From Thermoanaerobaculia bacterium (lineage in GTDB: Bacteria; Acidobacteriota; Thermoanaerobaculia; UBA5066), in the NCBI GenBank assembly GCA_963821225.1, contig CAWGCY010000006.1, positions 275,217 through 339,216 on the forward strand: 64,000 nucleotides of DNA, in the 5' to 3' direction. A program made the position numbers and the translations under genes. Shown piece by piece: positions 48,103-57,264 of this stretch. The number at the start of each line of letters is the position of its first letter. Position 1 is the first letter of the stretch. The notes under the pieces are model-generated. The model was not told the origin of the DNA and searched no databases. It saw nothing but the letters and a program-made list of their open reading frames with translations.

Positions 48103-48507
48103 ATGAAAGTCAAGTTCTACTATTCCAGCAAGGACAAACCGGGCGAGCAATACCCGTGCAACATTGCGGACTGCCTGGAAAAGATCAAGGCGCTGAAGGG
48201 ATACGGAGTCGACGCCGAGGCGATCGACGTGGCCGGCGTGGCGGACGTTTTTCGCTTCTACCACTCGGCCCTGACGGGCCCGCCCGCGACCGTTCGGGCG
48301 GTCTTCGGCATGAAAGGCGCGCTCGAGGCGGACTTCGGCCGCGTGACGCCCGCCGTCCTCATCTTCGGCGACCCGAAGGATCGGTATCCCACCGACGCCT
48401 ATCCGCGGCAGGATCAGGCCCGCGGCGGCCTCGTCGGATGCGATAAGGCGCTGGGCGACCTCATCAAGACGCCGGAAACGGGGGACGTTCCGGGAGGTTG
48501 GCGATGA
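48103..48507 (+). CDS. Hypothetical protein, 134 aa, possible thioredoxin-like fold (KVKFYYSS...YPCNIADC)
   Basis: GAGAGGAGA RBS. A beta-strand followed by paired Cys 4 residues apart, then a helix. The fold assignment is speculative. Confidence 0.55.
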   Translation: MKVKFYYSSKDKPGEQYPCNIADCLEKIKALKGYGVDAEAIDVAGVADVFRFYHSALTGPPATVRAVFGMKGALEADFGRVTPAVLIFGDPKDRYPTDAYPRQDQARGGLVGCDKALGDLIKTPETGDVPGGWR

Positions 48508-48556
48508 ACGTTGTCGCGGAACGGCGGCCAGGGAGCACCCGCGAGGAGGCGCCCCG

Positions 48557-50224
48557 TTGAGTACGATTCCCGCGGACTACCTTCCGCCGAAGGAATTTCA
48601 ACCCGATCGGATCTACAAGCTCAAGGAGTTCGCGAGCTATCCGGATTCGCTGAACAGCACCGAGGAGCTGCTCGACAAGCAGATCGCGGCAGGCCGGGGC
48701 GACCGCCCCGCGATCCTGTTCGGTGACAAGGTCATCACGTACAAGCAGCTTCTAGGGGCCGCCTGCAAGATCGGAAATGCCCTCAGAAAGCTCGGCGTCG
48801 AGGAGACGGACCGGGTCATGCTCCGGTCGCCGAACGTTCCGCCCGCGCTGTTCACGAATTTCGGCGTCCTGAGGCTTGGGGCCGTGATGGTCCCGACCTC
48901 GCACATGCTCTCTCCGAACGAGATCGCGCACATCGCCAACAACGCCGAGGCGAAAGTGATCGTCGTGGCGGCCGCGTTCGCGGAGGGGGTCGTCAAGGCG
49001 CGGGCGAATCTCAAGACGACCAAGCACGTCATCGTCTTCGGCGGTAAGCCGGAGGAGCTGAAGGCGCAGGGGCTTCTCTGCTACGAGGAGCTCGTCGCGA
49101 ACGAGTCGCCGGCTCTCGATCCGGTCCGCCGTCCGCGCACGGCGGTCTCCGTCCTGCTCTACACATCGGGAACGACGGGCATGCCGAAGGGAACGGCGCA
49201 CTACATGGAAGAGGCGCTGATCGTCCCGGACACGATGGGAAAGTACGGGTGGAACGTACAGCCCGAGGACGTTCTCTGCGGCCCAGCTCCCATCTCGCTT
49301 GCCGGCGGGTACTCGACCGTGGCGACAATTCCATTCCGGTTCGGCGCCGCGGCTTCCCTGATCGCGAAGTTCACTCCCGAGGGGCTCTTCGAGCAGATCC
49401 AGAGCCACAAGGTGACGATCCTGAGTGCTCTCCCCACGGCCTACCGGAAGATGCTCGAGTTCGCGGGCACGGACAAGAAGTTCGATCTGTCGAGCCTTCG
49501 CGTGCTGACAGGGGGCGGCGAATCGCTGACGGCCAAGACGTATCTGGACTGGAAGGCCCGCTTCGGCCAGGAGATCTACGAGGGCCTCGGAACGACGGAG
49601 ATGATGTACGTCTTCGTCTCCAGCGTGGTCACCCGCAAAGTGAAGCCGGGGGCGATCGGCACCGCGGTCCCCGGGTACGAAATCCAGGTCATCACGGAAG
49701 AAGGCAAGGTCGCGAAACCGGGAGAGCTGGGAAGGCTCTACGCTCGCGGCCCCACGGGGACCCTCTATTGGCGTCCCCTCGAGGAGGGTGGAAATCTCCT
49801 CGAGAAACAGAAATCGCTCATCCGCGAAGGGTGGGTGCTGGTCGGCGACTTCTGCACGATGGACGAGGAGGGGTACCTCAGCTTCGTCTCCCGCCAGGAG
49901 GATCTGATCAAGAGCTCCGGCTACCGCATCGGTCCTGAGGAAATCGAAGACGCGCTTCTCAAGCATCCCGCCGTGGCCGACGCGGGCGTGATCGGCATCC
50001 CGGACCCCGTCCGGGGACAGAACGTCAAGGCCGCCGTCATCCTGAAACCCGGGATCACGCCGAGCGAGGAGCTGAAGAAGCAGCTCATCGACAGCTGCCG
50101 GGATCACGTCGCGATTTACAAGCTGCCGCGGATCGTGGAGTTCGTCACGGAGCTTCCGCGCACGCTGCAGGGGAAACTCCTGCGGCGGGTTCTGCGGGAC
50201 AAGGAGCCGGCGCCCACGAAGTAG
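48557..50224 (+). CDS. AMP-forming acyl/aryl-CoA ligase (benzoate/4-hydroxybenzoate-CoA ligase-like)
   Basis: 555 aa. LLYTSGTTGMPKGTAHY is the AMP-binding motif. YGTTE is approximated by EGLGTTEMMYVF. Also present are GWVLVGDFCTMDEEGYLSFVSRQEDLIKSSGYRIGPEEIE and the conserved C-terminal K (PRTLQGKLLR). TTG start with a GAGGAGG RBS. Confidence 0.85.
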   Translation: MSTIPADYLPPKEFQPDRIYKLKEFASYPDSLNSTEELLDKQIAAGRGDRPAILFGDKVITYKQLLGAACKIGNALRKLGVEETDRVMLRSPNVPPALFTNFGVLRLGAVMVPTSHMLSPNEIAHIANNAEAKVIVVAAAFAEGVVKARANLKTTKHVIVFGGKPEELKAQGLLCYEELVANESPALDPVRRPRTAVSVLLYTSGTTGMPKGTAHYMEEALIVPDTMGKYGWNVQPEDVLCGPAPISLAGGYSTVATIPFRFGAAASLIAKFTPEGLFEQIQSHKVTILSALPTAYRKMLEFAGTDKKFDLSSLRVLTGGGESLTAKTYLDWKARFGQEIYEGLGTTEMMYVFVSSVVTRKVKPGAIGTAVPGYEIQVITEEGKVAKPGELGRLYARGPTGTLYWRPLEEGGNLLEKQKSLIREGWVLVGDFCTMDEEGYLSFVSRQEDLIKSSGYRIGPEEIEDALLKHPAVADAGVIGIPDPVRGQNVKAAVILKPGITPSEELKKQLIDSCRDHVAIYKLPRIVEFVTELPRTLQGKLLRRVLRDKEPAPTK

Positions 50225-50286
50225 AACCGACTTCACGTCACGTCGCGCGCGCGGGGCGGCGGAGATCTGAACTAACATTCCGCGCC

Positions 50287-51144
50287 ATGAGTCCGATGGT
50301 CTTGCAGGCCGTCGCATCCGGCCTCGTGCTCGGTCTGGTCTATGCCGGAATCGGGGCCGGCTTTTCGCTCATCATGGCCACCGGACGCCTGATGAATCTC
50401 GCCCACGGCGAGTTCGTTCTCGTCGGGGGCTACATCCTCTTCGTTCTGTGCCAAGGGATCGGCTGGCCGTGGCCGGCGGCCCTCGCGCTGACGCTTCTCG
50501 GAGGGGCGCTCCTCGGAGCCGCCCTGCCCCCTCTCGTCCGCCGTCTGCCGCGCCGCGAGTCGGACGGGCTGGCATTGACGCTTGGCGTCGGCTTCGTGCT
50601 GCAGAGCCTTCTCCTGCAAGGGGCGAGTGCGACGTATCGCGTGATTCCCGGCGGGGCCTGGCCGGAGACGATGGCATTCGGGCCGGTCACTCTCAGTCGG
50701 ATCACGCTGGCAGCGGCCGGCGCGGCGGCTGCGGCCCTCGTCGGCCTCGACCTCTGGCTCCACGTTTCCTGGACGGGTACAGGGCTGAGGGCGGTCAGCC
50801 AGTCCCGGCCCGCCGCGGCCAGTCTCGGGATCTCTCCTGCCCGGATGGAATGGGTCGCCTTCCTCACCGGGGGAGCGATCGCGGCCGGCGCCGGGGGACT
50901 CGTGCTCCTGACCCGCTTTCTCACTCCGGCAGAAGGCCCGGCCTGGACGCTCGTGGCGCTCGCCGTCGTCTTCCTTGGAGGGCGACCCCGGGCGGGAACC
51001 CTCGTCGCGGCGGGAGTCGCGCTTGGAATCCTCGAATCTCTCGCAACCGTGCTCGTGGGAGGCGGCTGGCGCGAAATCGTCGCGAGCGCTTGCGTCCTCC
51101 TTTGGCTTCTCGTCCCCGGGAGGACGGAGCTCGCCGATGCATGA
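50287..51144 (+). CDS. Branched-chain amino acid-type ABC transporter permease (LivH-like)
   Basis: 285 aa with about 8 TM helices. The LivH/LivM family signature around GGALLGAALPPLVRRL...LTLGVGFVLQSL. Confidence 0.8.
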   Translation: MSPMVLQAVASGLVLGLVYAGIGAGFSLIMATGRLMNLAHGEFVLVGGYILFVLCQGIGWPWPAALALTLLGGALLGAALPPLVRRLPRRESDGLALTLGVGFVLQSLLLQGASATYRVIPGGAWPETMAFGPVTLSRITLAAAGAAAAALVGLDLWLHVSWTGTGLRAVSQSRPAAASLGISPARMEWVAFLTGGAIAAGAGGLVLLTRFLTPAEGPAWTLVALAVVFLGGRPRAGTLVAAGVALGILESLATVLVGGGWREIVASACVLLWLLVPGRTELADA

Positions 51145-52756
51145 GGGGAGGCCGTTCTTTCTCGCGTGGGCGGTCGTTCTGGGAGCCAGCGGGATCGCCA
51201 TCGCGACCCTGGGCCGATACGGCGTGAACGTCGTGGCCTTCGGGCTTCTCTACGCCGCCCTCGCGACGAGCTGGAGCTTCATGCGGGCCACCGGGCTCTT
51301 TTCCTTCGGGCAGGCGGCGTTTTTCGGGGTGGGGGCGCTGACTCAAGCCTGGCTCGTCGCGGTCGGACGGACCTCTCCGTGGCTGGCCCTCTCCGCGAGC
51401 GCGGCGGCAGGCGCTCTGGCTGCCGTTCCGTTGATCCCCGGCCTCCGCCTTTCTCCACCGGGCTTCGGCCTTGCAACTCTCGCCTACGCGATCCTTTTGA
51501 GAGGCCTGGCCGGGAACGTGCCGGACTTCGGAATGGAGGGATTCCTTCTCCCCACGACGCCGGGCTTCGACGGGCCGGCCGCCCCGGTCGTGGGGACGCT
51601 GGCTGTGCTCGTCCTCGTCAGCGGCCTCGGTTACGAAGTTTTTCTCGGCCGGCCAGGCGGCCGCGCCGCCGCCGCCCTTCGCCAGTCACCCGAGACGACG
51701 CTCAGCCTCGGCATCGACCCCGTCTCGGCGCGATGGCGCCCGTTGACGTTGAGCGCGGCGACGACCGCGATGGCGGGCGCTCTTTACGCCCACCTCGTCG
51801 GGAGCGTCGAGACGACCGTCGTTTTCTCATCGACCTTCTCCGTCGTGCCGCTGGTACTGGGAATGCTCGGAGGCGCCCTCAGCCCGCTTGGCGGGCTGGT
51901 CGGGACGCTCGCTCTCTACCCGGTCGACGAGCTCTTCTTCAGGCCTGCTCTTCCCCTCGCGCACACGCTGGCCTATGGCCTCGCCCTGTGCGGGTTGCTC
52001 CTCTTCAAACCGGAAGGACTCCTCGGAGCCCGGACGCCACGGATTCCCGCCTCCGCCGCTCTGCGGCGGATCCCGCATGGACCCTGTAGCCTGGCCGTTC
52101 GCGACCTGACCGTGCGCCGCAATGGGACTCCGGTACTCCAGGACGTCAGTTTCGCGATCGAGCCCGGGCAGATTCTCAGGGTTCTCGGCCCCAACGGCGC
52201 TGGGAAAACGTCGCTTCTCCTGGCGATTGCGGGAAGGATTCCTGTCGCACGAGGAGCGATCCTTCTGGGCGGTACGCCGTCACCGCGTGGCCCGGCCGCG
52301 CGGGTCCGGCGCGGCGTGGGGCGGACGTTTCAGGCGCCCCGGCCGTTCCCGGAGTGGACCGTACGAGAGAACGTCGCGCTCGCTTCGGAACGCGGGAACG
52401 CCTCGGGCGAAGTGGAGGAACTCCTCCGGGAACTCGACCTTTCCGCACTTTCAGGTCGCCCGGCCGGGCAGCTGAGCGTGGGGGAGGGGAAACGCCTGGA
52501 CCTCGCGCGGGTGCTCGCCCTCGAACCCGCGCTCCTGCTGCTCGACGAGCCCCTCGCCGGGCTCAGCCCGGCAGCCGCCGAGCGCGTGTCCGGCGCCATC
52601 GAGCGGAAGCGCCGCGAGGGCACAGCCGTCGTCTGGGTCGAGCATGGCCCGGCCGCCGGCGATCTGACCAACCAGCTTCTCGTCCTCGACGGCGGACAGG
52701 TTCGTTTCCTCGGGTCGCCCGGCGACTGGGAGGCGGCGCGCAAGGCGCAATCGTGA
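51137..52756 (+). CDS. Fused LivM-like permease + LivG-like ABC ATPase
   Basis: The N-terminal ~330 aa form a polytopic permease. They run without a stop into LAVRDLTVRRNGTPVLQDVSFAIEPGQILRVLGPNGAGKTSLLLAIAG (Walker A), LSVGEGKRLDLARVL (signature) and LLLLDEPLAGL (Walker B). The start overlaps the livH stop by 8 nt. Confidence 0.75.
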   Translation: MHEGRPFFLAWAVVLGASGIAIATLGRYGVNVVAFGLLYAALATSWSFMRATGLFSFGQAAFFGVGALTQAWLVAVGRTSPWLALSASAAAGALAAVPLIPGLRLSPPGFGLATLAYAILLRGLAGNVPDFGMEGFLLPTTPGFDGPAAPVVGTLAVLVLVSGLGYEVFLGRPGGRAAAALRQSPETTLSLGIDPVSARWRPLTLSAATTAMAGALYAHLVGSVETTVVFSSTFSVVPLVLGMLGGALSPLGGLVGTLALYPVDELFFRPALPLAHTLAYGLALCGLLLFKPEGLLGARTPRIPASAALRRIPHGPCSLAVRDLTVRRNGTPVLQDVSFAIEPGQILRVLGPNGAGKTSLLLAIAGRIPVARGAILLGGTPSPRGPAARVRRGVGRTFQAPRPFPEWTVRENVALASERGNASGEVEELLRELDLSALSGRPAGQLSVGEGKRLDLARVLALEPALLLLDEPLAGLSPAAAERVSGAIERKRREGTAVVWVEHGPAAGDLTNQLLVLDGGQVRFLGSPGDWEAARKAQS

Positions 52757-53457
52757 CGGCGGACCTCGTCGCACGCGAGCTCACGGGCGGCTATCCCGGT
52801 GCGATCGTCTTCTCGGGGGCGAGCTTGTCCGTGAAATCGGGGGAGATCCTGGTCGTTTTGGGCGCCAACGGCTCGGGGAAATCCGCGCTGCTCGAGACTC
52901 TGCAGGGCCTTCTGGTGCACCGTGGCGGTGAGGTCCTTCTCGATGGCGAGAGCGTCCAGGACCTCGCGCCGGAAGCCCGCGCGGTACGCGGGATGAGCCT
53001 CGTCTCCGACCGGCGACGGCTCTTCGGGAATATGACGGTCGACGAGCATCTCCGGGTCGGCGCGTTTCGCGCTGCAGCTCGGCTCGGCTGGCGCCGTCGC
53101 GCGCTCGAGGTTCGCGGCCTCTTCACGGGCTTGACGCTGCATCGCGGCGCGCGACCGGCGGGCTTGAGCGGCGGCCTCCAGCAGCAGTTGGCGCTCGCGA
53201 GGTTTGGGATGTCCTCCCCGCGAGTCTGGCTGCTGGACGATCCTCTTCAGGGGCTCGATGAGGAGACGACCGGAGGTGTCCTCGACTGGATCCAGACGGC
53301 AGCGAGTGCCGGCGCAGCCGTGATCCTGACGGGACAGCACATCCGCGCCCTTCTCGGTGTTGCGACGAAGGCGATGTTCCTCGAAGGGGGCTCCCTCTCG
53401 GCGCTCTCCGTCGGCGCCGAAGGCCTTGAGGATCCGCGCGTGCGCGGGCTGCTCTGA
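52753..53457 (+). CDS. ABC transporter ATP-binding protein (LivF-like)
   Basis: The GTG start overlaps the upstream stop (GTGA). GANGSGKSALLETL is Walker A. LSGGLQQQLALARF is the signature. VWLLDDPLQGLD is Walker B. Confidence 0.8.
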   Translation: MTADLVARELTGGYPGAIVFSGASLSVKSGEILVVLGANGSGKSALLETLQGLLVHRGGEVLLDGESVQDLAPEARAVRGMSLVSDRRRLFGNMTVDEHLRVGAFRAAARLGWRRRALEVRGLFTGLTLHRGARPAGLSGGLQQQLALARFGMSSPRVWLLDDPLQGLDEETTGGVLDWIQTAASAGAAVILTGQHIRALLGVATKAMFLEGGSLSALSVGAEGLEDPRVRGLL

Positions 53458-53506
53458 GAGGGCCGCCCGCGGATGCGCGCCCGAACGCATGAAAGGGTTC
53501 CGCCGC

Positions 53507-53998
53507 CTACGGAACCTGATATTCTCCCTCGATCTGTTCCGTGACGCTGCCGTCGGCGTTAATCGTGCCCTTGTAAGTGCCCCTTCCTTTCAGACCTTTC
53601 AACTTCCCGGTGCCCGCCGTGAAGGTCCATGAACCCTGGGCGCTCTGAAGGACTCCGTCCTTCGATTTCGCGGATCCATGAAAACTCGTGGCGAAGGTGT
53701 CTCCGTTGACCATCGTTCCCGCGTGGAACCCATGGTTCGCCACATTCTCGCCGGTCACCTCGGCAAAGGCGGTGCTGACGCCGTCCTTCGTCAGCACGCC
53801 AGCCATCTCGATCGGCTTGCTCCAGGTGCACTGAGCTTTCTCGATGGCGAAGACGTGGTTGGGTTTGTCGGTGAGAGGAATGTTGTAGGCCGGGTCCGGC
53901 TTGCCACACTTCAAGGTGCCGGAGATCTTCGTCTGCGCGGCCGCCGGCGCGGCGAGTGTTGCGGCGAACAGGAACACCAGAAGACGCTTGTCGCTCAT
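53507..53998 (-). CDS. Secreted hypothetical protein, 163 aa
   Basis: Signal peptide MSDKRLLVFLFAATLAAPAAAQ, followed by a Gly/Thr/Lys-rich beta-type sequence. Confidence 0.6.
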   Translation of the reverse strand: MSDKRLLVFLFAATLAAPAAAQTKISGTLKCGKPDPAYNIPLTDKPNHVFAIEKAQCTWSKPIEMAGVLTKDGVSTAFAEVTGENVANHGFHAGTMVNGDTFATSFHGSAKSKDGVLQSAQGSWTFTAGTGKLKGLKGRGTYKGTINADGSVTEQIEGEYQVP

Positions 53999-54165
53999 GA
54001 ATCCTTCCTTCCTCGGCTTCTACCGACGTCGCTTTCCTTGAAACAGACCACGTGGGCCGGTTGTCGGTGGGGAGTCTCCGTCTGCTGCCGGGGCTCGTCA
54101 AGGGCAAGAGGGGGCCGATCAACGACCGCCGCGGCCGAAAGCCGTGTCGTATAGTCCCCGCCGCC

Positions 54166-54576
54166 ATGAGCGAACCCGAAGTGAACTCCACCGCGTCCGC
54201 ACACTTCATCGTGGCGCCGTCCGATCTCGCGAGCGCCCTCAACCTCGAGCCCGAGGACGCGTTCCCGCCGGTGTTCGCGACGTCCCGCATGGTGGCCCTG
54301 ATGGAGCTCGCGGCCGCCCGCCTTCTCCGTCCCCATCTTCGGGCGGGCGAGCTCTCCGTCGGAGTCACCCTCGACGTCGTCCATACGGCCGCCACCCCTC
54401 CCGGCGCCACCGTCTCGGCCACGGCGAAATTCCTCGGGCGCGAGGGGAAGCTCTTCGTCTTCGAGGTCCTCGCCAACGACGACGCGGGCGAGATCGGCCG
54501 CTGCACGCACAAGCGGGCGGTCGTCACGACCGAGAGGCTCGTCGCGGGCGCGGCTCGCCGTGGAGAAAAGGCCTGA
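54166..54576 (+). CDS. Hotdog-fold acyl-CoA thioesterase (FlK/PaaI-like)
   Basis: 136 aa. FATSRMVALMELAAARLL...VGVTLDVVHTAATPPGATVSATAKFLGREGKLFVFEVLANDDAGEIGRCTHKRAVV. Confidence 0.75.
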   Translation: MSEPEVNSTASAHFIVAPSDLASALNLEPEDAFPPVFATSRMVALMELAAARLLRPHLRAGELSVGVTLDVVHTAATPPGATVSATAKFLGREGKLFVFEVLANDDAGEIGRCTHKRAVVTTERLVAGAARRGEKA

Positions 54577-55357
54577 CGCCTCGTTGACGAGCCTCGAGAT
54601 CCTCGGGCGGCGCCTCGAATACCGCTGGATAGGGCCGCGTCCCGGCGACGCGCCGTCGATCGTGTTCCTGCACGAGGGCCTCGGTTGTGTGGGAACGTGG
54701 CGGGAGTTCCCCGAGCGCCTGGCGTCCGCGACCGGCTGCGGCGCTCTCGTTTACAGCCGGATGGGCTACGGCGGGTCCGATCCCCTGATCGGAAAGCGGC
54801 CGGTCCGTTACATGCACGACGAAGCGCTGGGGGCGCTCCCGGCGGTCCTCGAGCACCTCAAGCTCGAGAATGTCGTCCTCTTCGGGCACAGCGACGGCGC
54901 GTCGATCGCGCTCATCCACGCAGGCGCCCAGGGGGGCTCCGTCCGCGGGCTGATCGTCGAGGCGCCGCACGTCTTCGTGGAGTCCATCAGTATCGAGGGG
55001 ATCCGGCGGACCACGGCGGATTACGAGACGACGCGCCTGAAAGAACGCCTCGCCCGATATCACGGCAGCAACACCGATTCGATGTTCCGGGGGTGGTCCG
55101 ACGTTTGGCTCAGCCCCGAGTTCCTGGAGTGGAACATCGAGGAGTACCTGCCGGCGATCAAGTGCCCCGTGCTCGTCGTCCAGGGTGAAGACGACCGGTA
55201 CGGCACTCTCAAGCAGGTCGACGCCGTGGTGGCGCAGGCCGGGGGTTCGGTCGAATCACTGATCCTTCCCCGTTGCGGCCACTCCCCGCACTCGGAAAGG
55301 CCGGACGAGGTACTCAAAGCTGCGACCCGGTTCATCAAGAACGCAATCGACATCTAG
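54560..55357 (+). CDS. Alpha/beta hydrolase (GHSDG nucleophile elbow)
   Basis: SIVFLHEGLGCVGTWREF...VVLFGHSDGASIALIHA...GHSPH. The listed GTG overlaps the thioesterase end by 17 nt. A TTG at 54584 is an alternative start. Confidence 0.75.
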   Translation: MEKRPDASLTSLEILGRRLEYRWIGPRPGDAPSIVFLHEGLGCVGTWREFPERLASATGCGALVYSRMGYGGSDPLIGKRPVRYMHDEALGALPAVLEHLKLENVVLFGHSDGASIALIHAGAQGGSVRGLIVEAPHVFVESISIEGIRRTTADYETTRLKERLARYHGSNTDSMFRGWSDVWLSPEFLEWNIEEYLPAIKCPVLVVQGEDDRYGTLKQVDAVVAQAGGSVESLILPRCGHSPHSERPDEVLKAATRFIKNAIDI

Positions 55358-55375
55358 GTTCAGAAGGAGCACAAA

Positions 55376-57256
55376 ATGCTCCCATCCATGGCCCGTCCGG
55401 CTGTCCTTTTCGCCGCTCTTGTTTCCTCGGCCCTGATGCAGGGAGATGCGCAATCGCCTGCAGCCCGCGCGGCGAATCTGCCGCGCGAACGGATCATGTA
55501 TACGACCCGTCGTCCAGCGAGCCTAAGGCTGTATCTCTTTGAGGCCGGATTCCCGCCGAAACCGATCACAGACGATCGGGCTCTCAATTACGATGCGACG
55601 TTTTCTCCTGATGGCCAGTGGGTCGTGTTTTGCTCGGAGCGTTCCGGAGATCCCCACCTCTACGCGATCGACCCGACCCATCCCGATCCGCCGAGCCAGT
55701 TGACGCGCGGACATTTCATGGACGCTGCGCCCGCGTTCACGCCCGACGGTAAGTCGCTGCTATTTGTGAGCGATCGCGAGGGAAACGCGGATCTGTTCAC
55801 GATGCCGTTCCGGCCGGACGATCCGGCGGCGGGAGATGAAGCCAGGATCTTGACCCGCAACCCGGCGGGCGATTTCCGTCCCGCCGTTTCCCCCGACGGC
55901 AAGAGGGTCGCCTTCAGCAGCGATCGCGATAGCGGAAAGAGCGGGAATATTTATCCGTATAAGGCCGAGATCTACGTGATGAACCTGAACGGATCGGACG
56001 AGCGACGGTTGACGAGGACCGATGCAATGAATGGTTCGCCCGCCTGGTCCCGCGATGGCAGCACGCTTTTCTTCTACTCGGACCGCGAAGACCGCAAAGG
56101 CGAAAGCTACCGTATCTGGGCGATGGACTCCGCTGGCAAGAACCAACGCGCGCTCACGCCGCGAGAGCTGTCGGCCTTCTCGCCCGCGGTCATGCCGAAC
56201 GGCCGCGTCGCGTTTACCGCGAAAAAGCCCGGCGGCTTCCAGGTCATGTCGGCGGCGGCGGATGGCTCGGACGTCCGCCTGGAAAGCGGGACACAGCCGC
56301 AATGCCAGGGCCCCGCTTTCGACCGTCAGAGCGACCGGATGGTCTGCGCGGGAAGGGGACCGGTCTCGAACGTGCTGCCGGTTGTCGCGCTCGGCGCTCA
56401 CGGTGAGGTGCGGTTGCCTGACCGCATCCTTGATGTTCAGGGGGTGCACTCCCTGTTCTGCTCGATCAGCCCCGACGGTCTCGAATTCGTGACAGGGCAT
56501 TCGAAGACGCCAGGCGATTTGAGCGACATGCGCTTGGTTGCTCATCGTCTCGAAGGCTCCGGTGACCGCGAGGTATTCCGTCCCGCGAAGGCCGCACCCG
56601 TGTGGGCGATGAGCTGGGCCCGCCACGCGGATTTGATCGCGTTCACGGTGGGACCGCCATTCGCTCCAGAAAACGCCGTCGTGGACATCTGGACAGTTCA
56701 CGGCGACGGGTCGGCCCCAACAAATTTGACGAAAGGAAAATTTCGCAACAACGCGTTTCCCGAACTGACTGCCGACGGTCGGGAGATCGTCTTTCGCAGC
56801 ACCCGTGACGGGAAGAAGGGCATTTACATGATGAGTTCGGACGGCACGAACGTGCGGCGCGTCGCGACGGATCCAGCGGGGGCCCTCGCCACGATGCCTT
56901 CGATTTCCCCGAATGGGGACATGATCGCGTTCTCGACTTTTCAGATTTTCGTCCAACCCCTGATCAACGGCAAACCGGACGGCAGCCCGCGGCTACTTCA
57001 GAAGTATTCACCGAGCGTCCATGCTCGCTTCTCACCGGATGGAAAATGGATCGTGTTCGCGTCGAGGCGCGCCTGGCTGAACGATGAGGCTCCGCTCTCA
57101 AACGGCGAGTCGCAGCCATACGGCGAGATCTTCGTCGCGCCGGTGGATGGGAAGTCCGAGGCGATCCGACTGACCCACAACAAGTGGGAAGACAGCGTCC
57201 CGTGCTGGGGTGTCATGCCGCCTTCCTCGATCGCGGCTCACGCGGGCGGTAACTAG
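55376..57256 (+). CDS. Periplasmic TolB-like beta-propeller (PD40/WD40-like repeat) protein
   Basis: Signal peptide. Repeated FSPDGQWVVFCSERSGDPHLY, FTPDGKSLLFVSDREGNADLF, VSPDGKRVAFSSDRD and FSPDGKWIVFASRR modules. Confidence 0.75.
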   Translation: MLPSMARPAVLFAALVSSALMQGDAQSPAARAANLPRERIMYTTRRPASLRLYLFEAGFPPKPITDDRALNYDATFSPDGQWVVFCSERSGDPHLYAIDPTHPDPPSQLTRGHFMDAAPAFTPDGKSLLFVSDREGNADLFTMPFRPDDPAAGDEARILTRNPAGDFRPAVSPDGKRVAFSSDRDSGKSGNIYPYKAEIYVMNLNGSDERRLTRTDAMNGSPAWSRDGSTLFFYSDREDRKGESYRIWAMDSAGKNQRALTPRELSAFSPAVMPNGRVAFTAKKPGGFQVMSAAADGSDVRLESGTQPQCQGPAFDRQSDRMVCAGRGPVSNVLPVVALGAHGEVRLPDRILDVQGVHSLFCSISPDGLEFVTGHSKTPGDLSDMRLVAHRLEGSGDREVFRPAKAAPVWAMSWARHADLIAFTVGPPFAPENAVVDIWTVHGDGSAPTNLTKGKFRNNAFPELTADGREIVFRSTRDGKKGIYMMSSDGTNVRRVATDPAGALATMPSISPNGDMIAFSTFQIFVQPLINGKPDGSPRLLQKYSPSVHARFSPDGKWIVFASRRAWLNDEAPLSNGESQPYGEIFVAPVDGKSEAIRLTHNKWEDSVPCWGVMPPSSIAAHAGGN

Positions 57257-57264
57257 AGGGCGGG

